From a bacterium (GTDB taxonomy: Bacteria > SAR324 > JACQKK01): 64,000 nucleotides of DNA. The stretch spans positions 1 to 64,000 of the forward strand of contig OZ251219.1 of the NCBI GenBank assembly GCA_965240465.1, read 5' to 3'. This document shows, piece by piece, positions 38,813 to 48,294 of the stretch. Every line of letters begins with the position of its first letter. Position 1 is the first letter of the stretch. The position numbers and the translations under genes are program-made. Below the pieces are notes generated by a model. The model was not told the origin of the DNA and made no database searches. It saw only the letters and a list, made by a program, of their open reading frames with translations.

Positions 38813-41237
38813 GATTGGCAGGCACAGCTGTGTAAGGCTTAGATTGCTTGATTTGCTCTAATTTTTGCAGATCTAGTGCTATCTCTGTAGAACTGAGGGA
38901 CTGTGGCTGGCGTGTAAGGGCTATTGGTATAAGTTCGTCAAAGCGTTGGATGGGGATGATATTGATGTCATCTGTAATTTCTGCGGGGATGTCTTGCAAG
39001 TCTTTTTTGTTGTCGGCAGGGATGATAACGGTTTTGATATGGCTACGCTTGGCTGCCAATAGTTTATTTTTAATGCCTCCTACTTGGAGAATATTTCCTC
39101 GCAGAGTCATTTCGCCTGTCATGGCGACATCGTGTTTAACCGGTATTTTAGTCAGTGCACTCAACAGAGATGTCACTAGGGTAATGCCAGCAGAAGGGCC
39201 GTCTTTGGGAATGGCACCTTCGGGCAAATGGATGTGGAGGTCTGATTCTTTGAGGTACGAGCTCCAGATTCCAAATCTGTCAGCATAAGCCCGGATGTAG
39301 CTGATGGCGATTTCGGCAGATTCTTTCATCACATCACCCAGTTGCCCGGTGATGCGTCTTTTTCCAGATCCTGGCATCAGCTTGACTTCAGTGAGTATTA
39401 TCTCTCCACCGTCTGGAGTAACACCTAGGCCATTGGTGATACCCACTTCGTTTTTGCGGTCGCGATTGGCAGCGCGATACTTGGGGACACCGAGGTGCTT
39501 ATGTAAGTTTTTAGAAGTGATAGGAGCGATTTTATTGCTGTCTGTTTTAACAATACGGGTCACTATTTTGCGGAATATTTTTGACATTTCTCGTTCTAGG
39601 TTTCTTACTCCTGCTTCACGAGTGTAGTCGCGGACAACACTAAGGATGGCATCTTTGCTGAGTTGGATGTGTTCATCTTTAAGGCCGTGCGAAATAAGTA
39701 GTTTATTTTCCAGATGATTTTTAGCGATTTGGACTTTTTCAAGTTCGGTATATCCAGAGAACTTAACTACTTCCATGCGGTCTAACAGGGGAGCAACAAC
39801 GGTTTGAGTAGTATTGGCGGTGCAGATGAACAAAATTTGGGAGAGGTCATATTCCAGTTCAATGTAATGGTCCACGAATGATTGATTTTGTTCAGGGTCT
39901 AGTACTTCCAGTAGGGCGGATGAGGGATCCCCCATGATGCTGGAATAGAGTTTATCTATCTCATCTAGCAGAATGACTGCATTTTTGCTACCTGCCTTTT
40001 TCACTGCTTGTATAATTTTTCCAGGCATAGCACCAATGTAAGTACGGCGGTGACCACGAATCTCAGCCTCATCACGAATACCGCCCAGACTCATCCTCAC
40101 AAATTTTCTTCCCAAGGCACGAGCAATGGAACATCCCATAGAGGTCTTCCCCACCCCCGGAGGACCCACAAAGCAAAGGATGGGACCCTTTATTTTGCCT
40201 CGCAATTTGTTCACAGCCATGTATTCCAGCACGCGTTCTTTCACTTTTTCCAGTCCGTAGTGATCAGCTTCCAGTATTTCTTGAGATGCTTGCAGATCAA
40301 ATTTCTGCTTGCTTCGTGGTAATTGCCAGGGCAAAGATACCAGCCAATCTAAGTAATTTCGCACCACGCTAGCCTCTGCAGACAAGGGGGGCATCAAGCG
40401 TAGTTTCCGTAATTCGCGTTCGGCTGTTTCGCGGATGCTTTTGGACATCTTAGCAGCTTTGATTTGTTCTCCTATTTCCTCAAAATCTTCTTGCACTTCA
40501 GATCCATGTCCTAATTCGTTCTGAATGTTGCGTAGCTGTTCATTCAAGAATTCATTCTTTTGCTTTTTACCAATGTTATCGCGTACCTGACTGCGTAGCT
40601 TCTTTTGCATTTCAAGCACTATAGATTCTTGCTTTACAGCTTTAAGCACCATCTGCAAACGATTATAAACATCGTTCTCCTTAAGAATTTGCTGCTTTAG
40701 ATCCTGATCACACACCAACAAAGGTGCTAGTCTATCCGCCAGCTGGGCAGGGGGATAATCCAACAATAAATCTATATCAATCTCTTTGTTACTGCGATTG
40801 GCATCTAAATAGCGTCGTGCTACCTCCTTAGTCTCCACTGCCAGCTTTTCCAGAGCCTTCTCATCCCTGATAACCTCCTTTAACAAACGTACTTCTGCGT
40901 GATAACTATCACCATCAGAATCCATCCTCACCAATCCTGCCCGCTGATGAGCTTCAAACAAGGCTTTTAAATTTTTATTAGGCAGACGCATCACCTGCAA
41001 TACCACCCCTACCACGCCCACAGAAAATAAATCCTCCCGACGAGGATTATCATTGGTAGCATCGTTTTGGGTCACTACAAATATTCGCTTGTCGCCAGAT
41101 AGTGCTTCTTCCACAGCTTCTATAGAAAGCTTACGCCCAATATAAAAAGGGGCATTCGTACCAGGATAAATCACATCCTTACGCACGGGTAGCATGGGCA
41201 TACGCAGAATTTCTTTGCTGATACTCTCTTTGCTCAT
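38805..41237 (-). CDS. lon: Lon protease
   Basis: GPPGVGKTS, RRTYIGAMPG, LLDEIDK, PKDGPSAG, catalytic Lys in GGIKNK. Confidence 0.97.
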   Translation of the reverse strand: MSKESISKEILRMPMLPVRKDVIYPGTNAPFYIGRKLSIEAVEEALSGDKRIFVVTQNDATNDNPRREDLFSVGVVGVVLQVMRLPNKNLKALFEAHQRAGLVRMDSDGDSYHAEVRLLKEVIRDEKALEKLAVETKEVARRYLDANRSNKEIDIDLLLDYPPAQLADRLAPLLVCDQDLKQQILKENDVYNRLQMVLKAVKQESIVLEMQKKLRSQVRDNIGKKQKNEFLNEQLRNIQNELGHGSEVQEDFEEIGEQIKAAKMSKSIRETAERELRKLRLMPPLSAEASVVRNYLDWLVSLPWQLPRSKQKFDLQASQEILEADHYGLEKVKERVLEYMAVNKLRGKIKGPILCFVGPPGVGKTSMGCSIARALGRKFVRMSLGGIRDEAEIRGHRRTYIGAMPGKIIQAVKKAGSKNAVILLDEIDKLYSSIMGDPSSALLEVLDPEQNQSFVDHYIELEYDLSQILFICTANTTQTVVAPLLDRMEVVKFSGYTELEKVQIAKNHLENKLLISHGLKDEHIQLSKDAILSVVRDYTREAGVRNLEREMSKIFRKIVTRIVKTDSNKIAPITSKNLHKHLGVPKYRAANRDRKNEVGITNGLGVTPDGGEIILTEVKLMPGSGKRRITGQLGDVMKESAEIAISYIRAYADRFGIWSSYLKESDLHIHLPEGAIPKDGPSAGITLVTSLLSALTKIPVKHDVAMTGEMTLRGNILQVGGIKNKLLAAKRSHIKTVIIPADNKKDLQDIPAEITDDINIIPIQRFDELIPIALTRQPQSLSSTEIALDLQKLEQIKQSKPYTAVPANPN

Positions 41238-41565
41238 TAGATCTCTAGATCGTAGCCCGATGTGCATAATCAGCTAGATGGATTACCATCTCGCTGGCTA
41301 TATTTATACAAAGCCTCCGCCTTTATTAGACCCTAAATTCTGCTATATGGCAAGGCATATCAACATTTGTCTTGCATATGGTTAGAAACACCCCCATTCT
41401 GAGAGATTTTTTCAATAAAGCCTTATTTAACTCAAACGGTATGGCAAAGGAGTAGATAGAGTGGCATACTAGCAGTAAAAATTAACCGAGGATTCTCATC
41501 CACCGAATACCATCGGTCCCATTAAAGTAACCCCACGTATTCTGATCACCAGACTGATAATTGCA

Positions 41566-42480
41566 ATGCCTACCAAAAATACCCGCCGAAAAAGTAAAAT
41601 ACAAAAAAACACGCTAAAAAAAACCGAGTCCAAAGGTAGAGTAACCTCTAAAAAAGTACCCTCTAAACCCACTACCCCAAAAAAATCACTCAAGAAAAAT
41701 ACTGCCCCTCCCGTGGGCATCATTGCCGATAAATCACTCAAGAAAAATACTGCCCCTCCCGTGGGCATAATTGCTGATGCTGCCAAGCAGTTACTACCCA
41801 AGGCCAAAGCAGGTGATACCCAGGCACAACATGATTTAGGTATTCTTTACTATTTGGGAGAAGGAGGACTATTTAAAGACCCGCGTCAGGCTGCAAAATG
41901 GCTACGACAAGCTGCCGAACAGGGACATGTTAGTGCTCAACAAAAGATGGGGCTGCTTCACGACAGCGGACAGGGAGTCCCCTTAGACCGCAAACAAGCC
42001 GTTTTCTGGTACGAAAAAGCCGCCGCTCAGGGAGAAACTTCAGCCCAAATTCGCTTGGGCATGTTGCGTCACAACGATCGCGATGTTCCTCCCGATCATA
42101 AAGCAGCTGTTGCCCTTTATCAAGCAGCCGCAGAGCAAAACGTACCTGAAGCACAATTCAACCTGGGACTACTACATGAGCAAGGAATCGGCGTTCCTCA
42201 AAGTTATTCCACAGCTGCAAAATGGTATCTTCACTCAGCCCTACAGGGATTTCCCCTTGCTCAACACAATCTGGGTGCCATGTTCTTTGAAGGCCGAGGA
42301 GTAATAAAAAATAACACCCAAGCCTTCGTTTGGTTGGAACTCGCCGCCGCTCAAAAAGATGACAAATCCATCTGGCTAAAAAACGTTCTACTTAAAGTAA
42401 TCACTGATGAAGAACTCGCTGAAGCACAAAACCTGATCAAAAAAATGCTGTCTAGCCCAAAACATACCGATAAACAATAA
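41566..42480 (+). CDS. Sel1-repeat protein with basic disordered N-terminus
   Basis: AQ..LG..Y..G.GV..D...A..W...AA.QG repeats; 48-bp internal duplication KSLKKNTAPPVGIIAD x2. Confidence 0.88.
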   Translation: MPTKNTRRKSKIQKNTLKKTESKGRVTSKKVPSKPTTPKKSLKKNTAPPVGIIADKSLKKNTAPPVGIIADAAKQLLPKAKAGDTQAQHDLGILYYLGEGGLFKDPRQAAKWLRQAAEQGHVSAQQKMGLLHDSGQGVPLDRKQAVFWYEKAAAQGETSAQIRLGMLRHNDRDVPPDHKAAVALYQAAAEQNVPEAQFNLGLLHEQGIGVPQSYSTAAKWYLHSALQGFPLAQHNLGAMFFEGRGVIKNNTQAFVWLELAAAQKDDKSIWLKNVLLKVITDEELAEAQNLIKKMLSSPKHTDKQ

Positions 42481-42583
42481 TAAGCCACTATTATTTTTTC
42501 CACATTTCGTGTATAGTTAACATGGGGGTAAGTACAGCGGATTTTTCCTTTCCGTGATTCTGATTTAGCTTTATGACTACAAA

Positions 42584-43834
42584 ATGAAAGTATCTTTCGG
42601 ACTGCAATTTGTGTTTTTGGCTGTTGGTTGTTTGGCTCTGGTATCCTGTGATTCAGCTCCTAAAGAAGATGAGAACATTATATCTATTGAGGTAGTTCCT
42701 CCTGACGTTACCAATAGTTACCTAAAGGATGTTTCCGATATTTCTGTTGGCAATAGCCATAGCTGTGCAATATCAGACGGAAAGTTATTTTGCTGGGGTC
42801 TGGGTAATGATGGTCAATTGGGTAAAAAAAACAACCTCAGTAGCAAAAAACCTACCCACGTAAAGTGGGACGTAAATAATATAGAAGTAAATTTTGTCAA
42901 TGCCAGTGCCATAGAAGCTGCAGGATCCAGTAGCTGTGCTTTGCGAAACGGTGTTGCCTTCTGCTGGGGTAGTAATAATGACAGCCAATTGGGAGATGGT
43001 TCCGTTGACAACCACAATACACCAACCATGGTTGGCGGACTGACCACAGGAATTACTAACATCACTATCGGAAGGCAACATGGATGTGCCATAGAAAATG
43101 GTGGTGTTAAATGCTGGGGCAGTAACACTTATTCTCAAATTGGAGACGGCACTTCTAGTAGACGTAGCACCCCAGTAAGTGTTACTGATACTAACCTCGG
43201 CAATGCTGTTATGATCTCCGCAGGATACTTGCACACCTGTGCCATCTCAAATGGAAGGATATATTGCTGGGGACGCGGTCAAGAAGGCCAGCTGGGTGAT
43301 GGCACTATTAATGACCGCTCCTTCCCAGTGAGTGTTAGTGGTAACGGATCTTTTAGCCTAGTTTCCGCAGGAGAAAAGCACACCTGTGCTATTAAAAATG
43401 GAGGTGCTTATTGCTGGGGAAACGGTACAAAAGGACGTCTGGGAGACAACAATAATGAAGCCTCTTCACCCTCACCTGTAGAAGTCAGCGACTCAGAAGA
43501 AGATATAAATATGCAGAGCGGAATCACTCATATTTCTGCCAGCAAAGAATATTCCTGTGCTGTCGCATCTGGTGCCCTCCTCTGCTGGGGACGAGGTACA
43601 GAAGGTCAGTTGGGAAATAATTCCACCGAAAATAGCCTGATTCCGGTAAAAGTATTGGGACTAAACACGGGTGTAACAGCCGTAGCAACAGGTGATAACA
43701 GTGCCTGTGCTGTCAAGATGGGATATGTCTGGTGCTGGGGTGCGGGTGCCCAAGGACAACTGGGTAATAACCTTAAAAGAAATTCTCTCATCCCAGTGGC
43801 AGTGATTACCCCTACCAACGATATTTTGCCGTAA
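42584..43834 (+). CDS. RCC1/BLIP-II repeat lipoprotein
   Basis: LVSC lipobox; seven H(T/S)CAI..G...CWG....GQLG repeats. Confidence 0.88.
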   Translation: MKVSFGLQFVFLAVGCLALVSCDSAPKEDENIISIEVVPPDVTNSYLKDVSDISVGNSHSCAISDGKLFCWGLGNDGQLGKKNNLSSKKPTHVKWDVNNIEVNFVNASAIEAAGSSSCALRNGVAFCWGSNNDSQLGDGSVDNHNTPTMVGGLTTGITNITIGRQHGCAIENGGVKCWGSNTYSQIGDGTSSRRSTPVSVTDTNLGNAVMISAGYLHTCAISNGRIYCWGRGQEGQLGDGTINDRSFPVSVSGNGSFSLVSAGEKHTCAIKNGGAYCWGNGTKGRLGDNNNEASSPSPVEVSDSEEDINMQSGITHISASKEYSCAVASGALLCWGRGTEGQLGNNSTENSLIPVKVLGLNTGVTAVATGDNSACAVKMGYVWCWGAGAQGQLGNNLKRNSLIPVAVITPTNDILP

Positions 43835-44063
43835 TACTTCGCTTTTTCTGGGTTTCAAAAAGATGTTAACCCTTGATGAAAGCCGTAGATAAAGCAAAAT
43901 TCCCTCTTCATCAATAATCATCATTTGCTAGGAACAGCCTCTTTCTGTAGGCACTACCATTTTTAGCAAACAATTCACTGAAATTGCTCTTGTAAAAAGG
44001 GTTCGGGATGAGGTAACTTTGGTCTGGTTGGGTAGTTGAGTTTATTTATTAAGGAGCTGTTAA

Positions 44064-44483
44064 ATGTTGCGTGTATTATTGGCATGCCTTTGTTGGGGAT
44101 TATTCTTAGAAGATGCCCACGCCTTATTAGGTTCTGGAACAGGTGGTGGCGGTGCATTGGCACAGTTTATCCCGCTTATACTAATTTTCGGGATATTTTG
44201 GTTTTTGATTATCCGTCCTCAGCAAAAACGCTTGCGTGAACATAGACGCTTAGTAGACGAACTGAAGATAGGCGACAGAATTTGGACTGATGGCGGCATT
44301 CAGGGTGTAATAAAACAAATATCTGCAGATGAGATGACCTTGGAGATTGCTCCTAAGGTATTGGTAAAAATGAAGCGGGGTCGTGCCTCGGAACGGTTGG
44401 GAGCATCTAAGACAGCAAGCAAGCAAGAAGTTACTAAAAGTACTGCTAAAACTACCAAAAAGAAGGTTTCTAAGAGGAAATGA
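44064..44483 (+). CDS. yajC: Preprotein translocase subunit YajC
   Basis: FWFLIIRPQQKR...LKIGD.I.T.GGI.G; upstream of secD. Confidence 0.92.
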   Translation: MLRVLLACLCWGLFLEDAHALLGSGTGGGGALAQFIPLILIFGIFWFLIIRPQQKRLREHRRLVDELKIGDRIWTDGGIQGVIKQISADEMTLEIAPKVLVKMKRGRASERLGASKTASKQEVTKSTAKTTKKKVSKRK

Positions 44484-44529
44484 TAAAGCCCGCGATAAAC
44501 ATCCATGAACGGCATACGAGGGCTTAGTA

Positions 44530-46095
44530 ATGAGCTTGAGATTGAGGGGGGGAATAATAATTGGTGTCCTGCTGGCGAGTGCTCTTGCGTTGTGGCCTAG
44601 TGTGCGTGCTTATCTGCTGGAAGAGGATGCTTCCAAGATAAAGAATCGGGTCGTTCTCGGCTTGGATTTGCAGGGGGGTATGTTCTTGGATTTAGAGGTA
44701 GATTCAGATAGTGCAGTAGAAAGAACCTTAGACAGGCTCGCGGTAGAGTTGGAAGATTTACTGCTGGATGGGTTGGTAGACTATGTCTCTTTGGACAGGG
44801 TGCCTTTTGGAGTTGAGGTAACCTTGGAAAAAGGAGAAGTAGTAGATTTAGAAGAAGAACAATTGTCACGCCTGTTATCAGAATATGAGGTGGATAAGGT
44901 TAATGAACGGATAATAGTAAAAATAAAACCTGAAGACGCAGAGAGAATAAAGAAGGTAGCTGCTGAGCAAGCCCTGGAGGTACTGCGTAATCGGATTGAC
45001 TCATTGGGAGTGACTGAGCCATCACTGCGAAGCCATGGCAAACAAGGACTAATCGTACAGCTGCCCGGCCTAAAAGATAGAGATGCTGCTCTGAATGCGA
45101 TCGGTGCCCAAGCTGTTTTGGAATTTCATTTGGTGGAAAGCCGAGTTTCCACAGAGTACGCAAATGAAAGCCTCCATTTGGTGAAGGAGCTGGTTATAAA
45201 AAATTCCCGCGGGGAGGAAGTAAGCAAAGAACAACTAGTACTACAAAAGCGTCCAATCTTATCAGGAGAAACAATCCGCGATGCACGCGTACAAATAAGC
45301 ACTCTGGATAATCAACCTTATGTGTCCATTTCCTTTGATGACGAAGGAAGACGCCGTTTTAGCAAGGTGACTGGTAGCAATATCGGTCGCCGTTTGGCTA
45401 TTGTCTTGGATGACAAAATACAATCCGCACCCTCCATCAGAGAAGCCATCACTGGTGGTGAAGCCCAAATCACCGGCAATTTCACCCTGCCAGAAGCTAC
45501 CAACCTCGCTATTGTACTACGCTCAGGAGCATTACCTGCCCCGCTTTCTATCAGTGAGGAACGCACCGTGGGAGCATCTCTGGGCGAAGACTCCGTCCGT
45601 CAGGGACTAACTGCCCTTGCTATCGGCATGCTACTGATGGTTGGATTTATGTGCTTCTACTATCGCCAAGCGGGAATATTTGCCTCGCTGGCGTTGGTAT
45701 TTAATCTGATATTGCTACTGGCAGCCTTAGCCTTATTTCAAGCTACCCTCACCCTACCAGGAATTGCCGGAATTGTGCTTACCATGGGCATGTCGGTGGA
45801 TGCCAATGTACTGATTTTTGAACGCATAAGGGAAGAACTTCCACAAGCTCGTAGCATCCACGCCGCAGTGAGAAAAGGCTTCGCAACCGCGTTCTGGACT
45901 ATCTTTGATGCCAACATTACTACTCTAATAGCCGCTTTGGCTTTACTCACTTTCGGCACCGGACCAATTAAAGGCTTCGCGGTAACTATCTCTGCTGGCA
46001 TTCTGGCTAGCATGTTCACAGCTGTCTTCTTTACCCGTTTTCTGTTTGAACTGGTTCAATTACGCTCTGCCAAAATAACAAAATTATCCATCTAA
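44530..46095 (+). CDS. secD: Protein translocase subunit SecD
   Basis: LGLDLQGG, RIDSLGVTEP, LRSGALP, VGASLG, TLTLPGIAG, DANVLIFERIREE. Confidence 0.96.
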   Translation: MSLRLRGGIIIGVLLASALALWPSVRAYLLEEDASKIKNRVVLGLDLQGGMFLDLEVDSDSAVERTLDRLAVELEDLLLDGLVDYVSLDRVPFGVEVTLEKGEVVDLEEEQLSRLLSEYEVDKVNERIIVKIKPEDAERIKKVAAEQALEVLRNRIDSLGVTEPSLRSHGKQGLIVQLPGLKDRDAALNAIGAQAVLEFHLVESRVSTEYANESLHLVKELVIKNSRGEEVSKEQLVLQKRPILSGETIRDARVQISTLDNQPYVSISFDDEGRRRFSKVTGSNIGRRLAIVLDDKIQSAPSIREAITGGEAQITGNFTLPEATNLAIVLRSGALPAPLSISEERTVGASLGEDSVRQGLTALAIGMLLMVGFMCFYYRQAGIFASLALVFNLILLLAALALFQATLTLPGIAGIVLTMGMSVDANVLIFERIREELPQARSIHAAVRKGFATAFWTIFDANITTLIAALALLTFGTGPIKGFAVTISAGILASMFTAVFFTRFLFELVQLRSAKITKLSI

Positions 46096-46155
46096 CTTGA
46101 ACCCAAACCTTCTTTTAAGTCCTCGCTCGGCAAATCCTAATCTCTACCTACTGCC

Positions 46156-47145
46156 ATGATACAAATTATCAAATCTGGGGTGCTTGTCAACTTAATGCGA
46201 TGGCGATACTACTGCTTCGCACTCTCTGCTCTCCTACTGATAGCAGGTACCACCGCCGCCATAACACAAGGCGGACTAAACTACGGCATTGATTTTAAGG
46301 GCGGCTCCCTCCTGCAAGTAAAATTGCCTGCTGCCAACATCGCTGATGTCCGTAAAGCACTGGAAAACTCTTCCATAGGCTCTTTCTCGCTCCAAAGTCT
46401 TGGCTCAAACCAAAGCGAATACCTAATCCTGCTGGCAAAAAGCGAGCAATCCAGTCTGAACCTGCAAACTAGTGCCACCAAAGACGCACAACAAATCTTG
46501 TTAACAGCATTCCCAAAAATGGAAGTGCGACGCATAGAAAGCGTCGGACCCAAGGTAGGCAATGAACTCAGGCTCGCAGCCACCCGTGCCGTCTTATTCT
46601 CACTGGTTGCCATCCTACTCTACATATGGTTGCGATTCCAATGGCGATTTAGCATCGCAGCCGTCCTCGCACTATTCCATGACGTATTCATCGTGTTGAC
46701 ATTCTTTGCCATCACCCAGCGTGAAATCAATCTCGCCGTAGTGGCTGCCATCCTCACTATTGCTGGCTACTCCATCAATGATACCATCGTTATCTTTGAT
46801 CGCATCCGCGAAAAATTCCGAGTCCAATCCAAATCAAACTCCATCACCCTATTTAATCAAGCCCTCAGTGAAACTCTCAACCGAACAATACTTACTTCCG
46901 TCACTACAACGCTGGTCGTACTTACCTTGCTCATAGCTGGGGGAAACATCGTCCGAAACTTTGCCATCGCCCTTCTGTTGGGCATAATTTCTGGCACCTA
47001 CTCTTCCATATTTATTGCCTCGCCCATCGTGCTGATACTCTCCAAATCCAAAAAAAACCAAGCATCAAAAAACCAAGCATCAGGAAACCAATTGCCAAGC
47101 ACAAACAAAAAAAATAAAGCCCAGCAACCCAAATCTAAAAAATAA
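46156..47145 (+). CDS. secF: Protein translocase subunit SecF
   Basis: GIDFKGG, VGPKVG, HDV, GYSINDTIVIFDRIRE, GTYSSIFIA. Confidence 0.96.
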   Translation: MIQIIKSGVLVNLMRWRYYCFALSALLLIAGTTAAITQGGLNYGIDFKGGSLLQVKLPAANIADVRKALENSSIGSFSLQSLGSNQSEYLILLAKSEQSSLNLQTSATKDAQQILLTAFPKMEVRRIESVGPKVGNELRLAATRAVLFSLVAILLYIWLRFQWRFSIAAVLALFHDVFIVLTFFAITQREINLAVVAAILTIAGYSINDTIVIFDRIREKFRVQSKSNSITLFNQALSETLNRTILTSVTTTLVVLTLLIAGGNIVRNFAIALLLGIISGTYSSIFIASPIVLILSKSKKNQASKNQASGNQLPSTNKKNKAQQPKSKK

Positions 47146-47372
47146 TGCTGCCTGAACTGGGTAAATGGCTCTTCCTGCTGGGATGTCTGTTGATAATTAT
47201 CGGCATCTTCTTTTGGCTTGGCGGAAAATTGCCCCCCTGGTTATCCTATATCGGACAGCTGCCCGGTGATATCCGCATCCAAAGACCAAATTTTTCCTTC
47301 TTCTTTCCCCTTACCACTAGCATCCTGCTTTCCATCATTTTATCTTTGCTCTTATGGCTACTAAGGAAATAG
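47145..47372 (+). CDS. DUF2905 membrane protein
   Basis: GQLPGDIRI....FFFPLTTSILLS. Confidence 0.85.
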   Translation: MLPELGKWLFLLGCLLIIIGIFFWLGGKLPPWLSYIGQLPGDIRIQRPNFSFFFPLTTSILLSIILSLLLWLLRK

Positions 47373-47418
47373 ACTTCGCCCTTAACTTACCTACCCCATA
47401 ACTGCTAAAACCAACTAA

Positions 47419-47505
47419 GGAGAGGTGGCCGAGTGGTCGAAGGCGGTGGACTCGAAATCCATTATGCGGGCAACTGCATCGGGGGTTCGAATCCCTCCCT
47501 CTCCG
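47419..47505 (+). tRNA. tRNA-Ser(CGA); CCA not encoded
   Basis: GGAGAGG/CCTCTCC acceptor, GTGGA-CTCGAAA-TCCAT anticodon arm, long variable arm, GGTTCGAATCC. Confidence 0.95.
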
Positions 47506-47750
47506 TTTGCCTAAACCTATTTACAACCGCAGATAAGTTAAAATCGCTAGGATTAAACGGGATCCCATTCAGCATTCCATGTCGGTGTCAATATAATATA
47601 GTTGACATAATCAAAAAGATTATGATTGAATCAAGGACTGGGGATTAGCCCTGTTGTACGTCTAGGCGTTCTGTTTGTATGGGTTGAATTTTCGCAGTAA
47701 TGACCGTATATAATGCGGGGTTAAAAATCACTAAATGAAAGGATTCTCAA

Positions 47751-48002
47751 ATGGCAGAAAAACGAGACACAGTTACTTATGATCTGAAAAAGGGCAATAA
47801 GGTTGTTTACACTGGAACCACTAACGATCCGAAACGACGTGAGCAAGGTCACAGAGATGACGGCAAAAAATTCGACCGCATGGATGTTACGTCAAGACGT
47901 ATGACTAAGGACGGAGCCACTAAGAAAGAAACTGATAGGCTTGCTACATACCGTAAGAATCAGGGCGAAAACCCAAAGTACAATAAGGATCTTAACGGCT
48001 AG
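47751..48002 (+). CDS. Minimal GIY-YIG-like nuclease
   Basis: TYDL...VVYTGTTNDPKRREQGH...E...PKYN matches Y..Y.G...R...H...E...N spacing; AAAGGA RBS. Confidence 0.7.
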   Translation: MAEKRDTVTYDLKKGNKVVYTGTTNDPKRREQGHRDDGKKFDRMDVTSRRMTKDGATKKETDRLATYRKNQGENPKYNKDLNG

Positions 48003-48012
48003 TATATTACTT

Positions 48013-48213
48013 CTATTGGCTACCGTTGTTGACGAGTGATTGGGTGGATTCGGCCAGATGCTGTTCTTCATAGGCCAAGACATCTTTCTCACGGTAAACC
48101 GCCCGACCACCCATTTTTAGAAGTAGCGGTCCCCAGCCAATGGCATGCCAGCGTTCAAATGTGCGTTGTGAGATGCACCAGTGCTCAGCCAGTTGCTTCT
48201 GATTGATATGGTT
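48013..48213 (-). pseudogene. 5'-truncated excisionase/AlpA-like HTH protein
   Basis: Not in ORF track: NHINQKQLAEHWCISQRTFERWHAIGWGPLLLKMGGRAVYREKDVLAYEEQH...*; no start codon, cut at the repeat. Confidence 0.8.
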
Positions 48214-48294
48214 GCGGGCAACTGCATCGGGGGTTCGAATCCCTCCCTCTCCGTTTGCCTAAACCTATTTACAACCGCAGATAAGTTAAAATTG

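Larger units (their letters stand above)
47465..48292. mobile_element. Integrase-less islet bounded by an 80-bp direct repeat of the tRNA-Ser 3' half (attL/attR-like)
   Basis: 47465..47544 identical to 48213..48292. Confidence 0.85.

Noticed and set aside
47433-47648. 71-aa ORF
   Set aside because: Begins inside tRNA-Ser; no coding signal.
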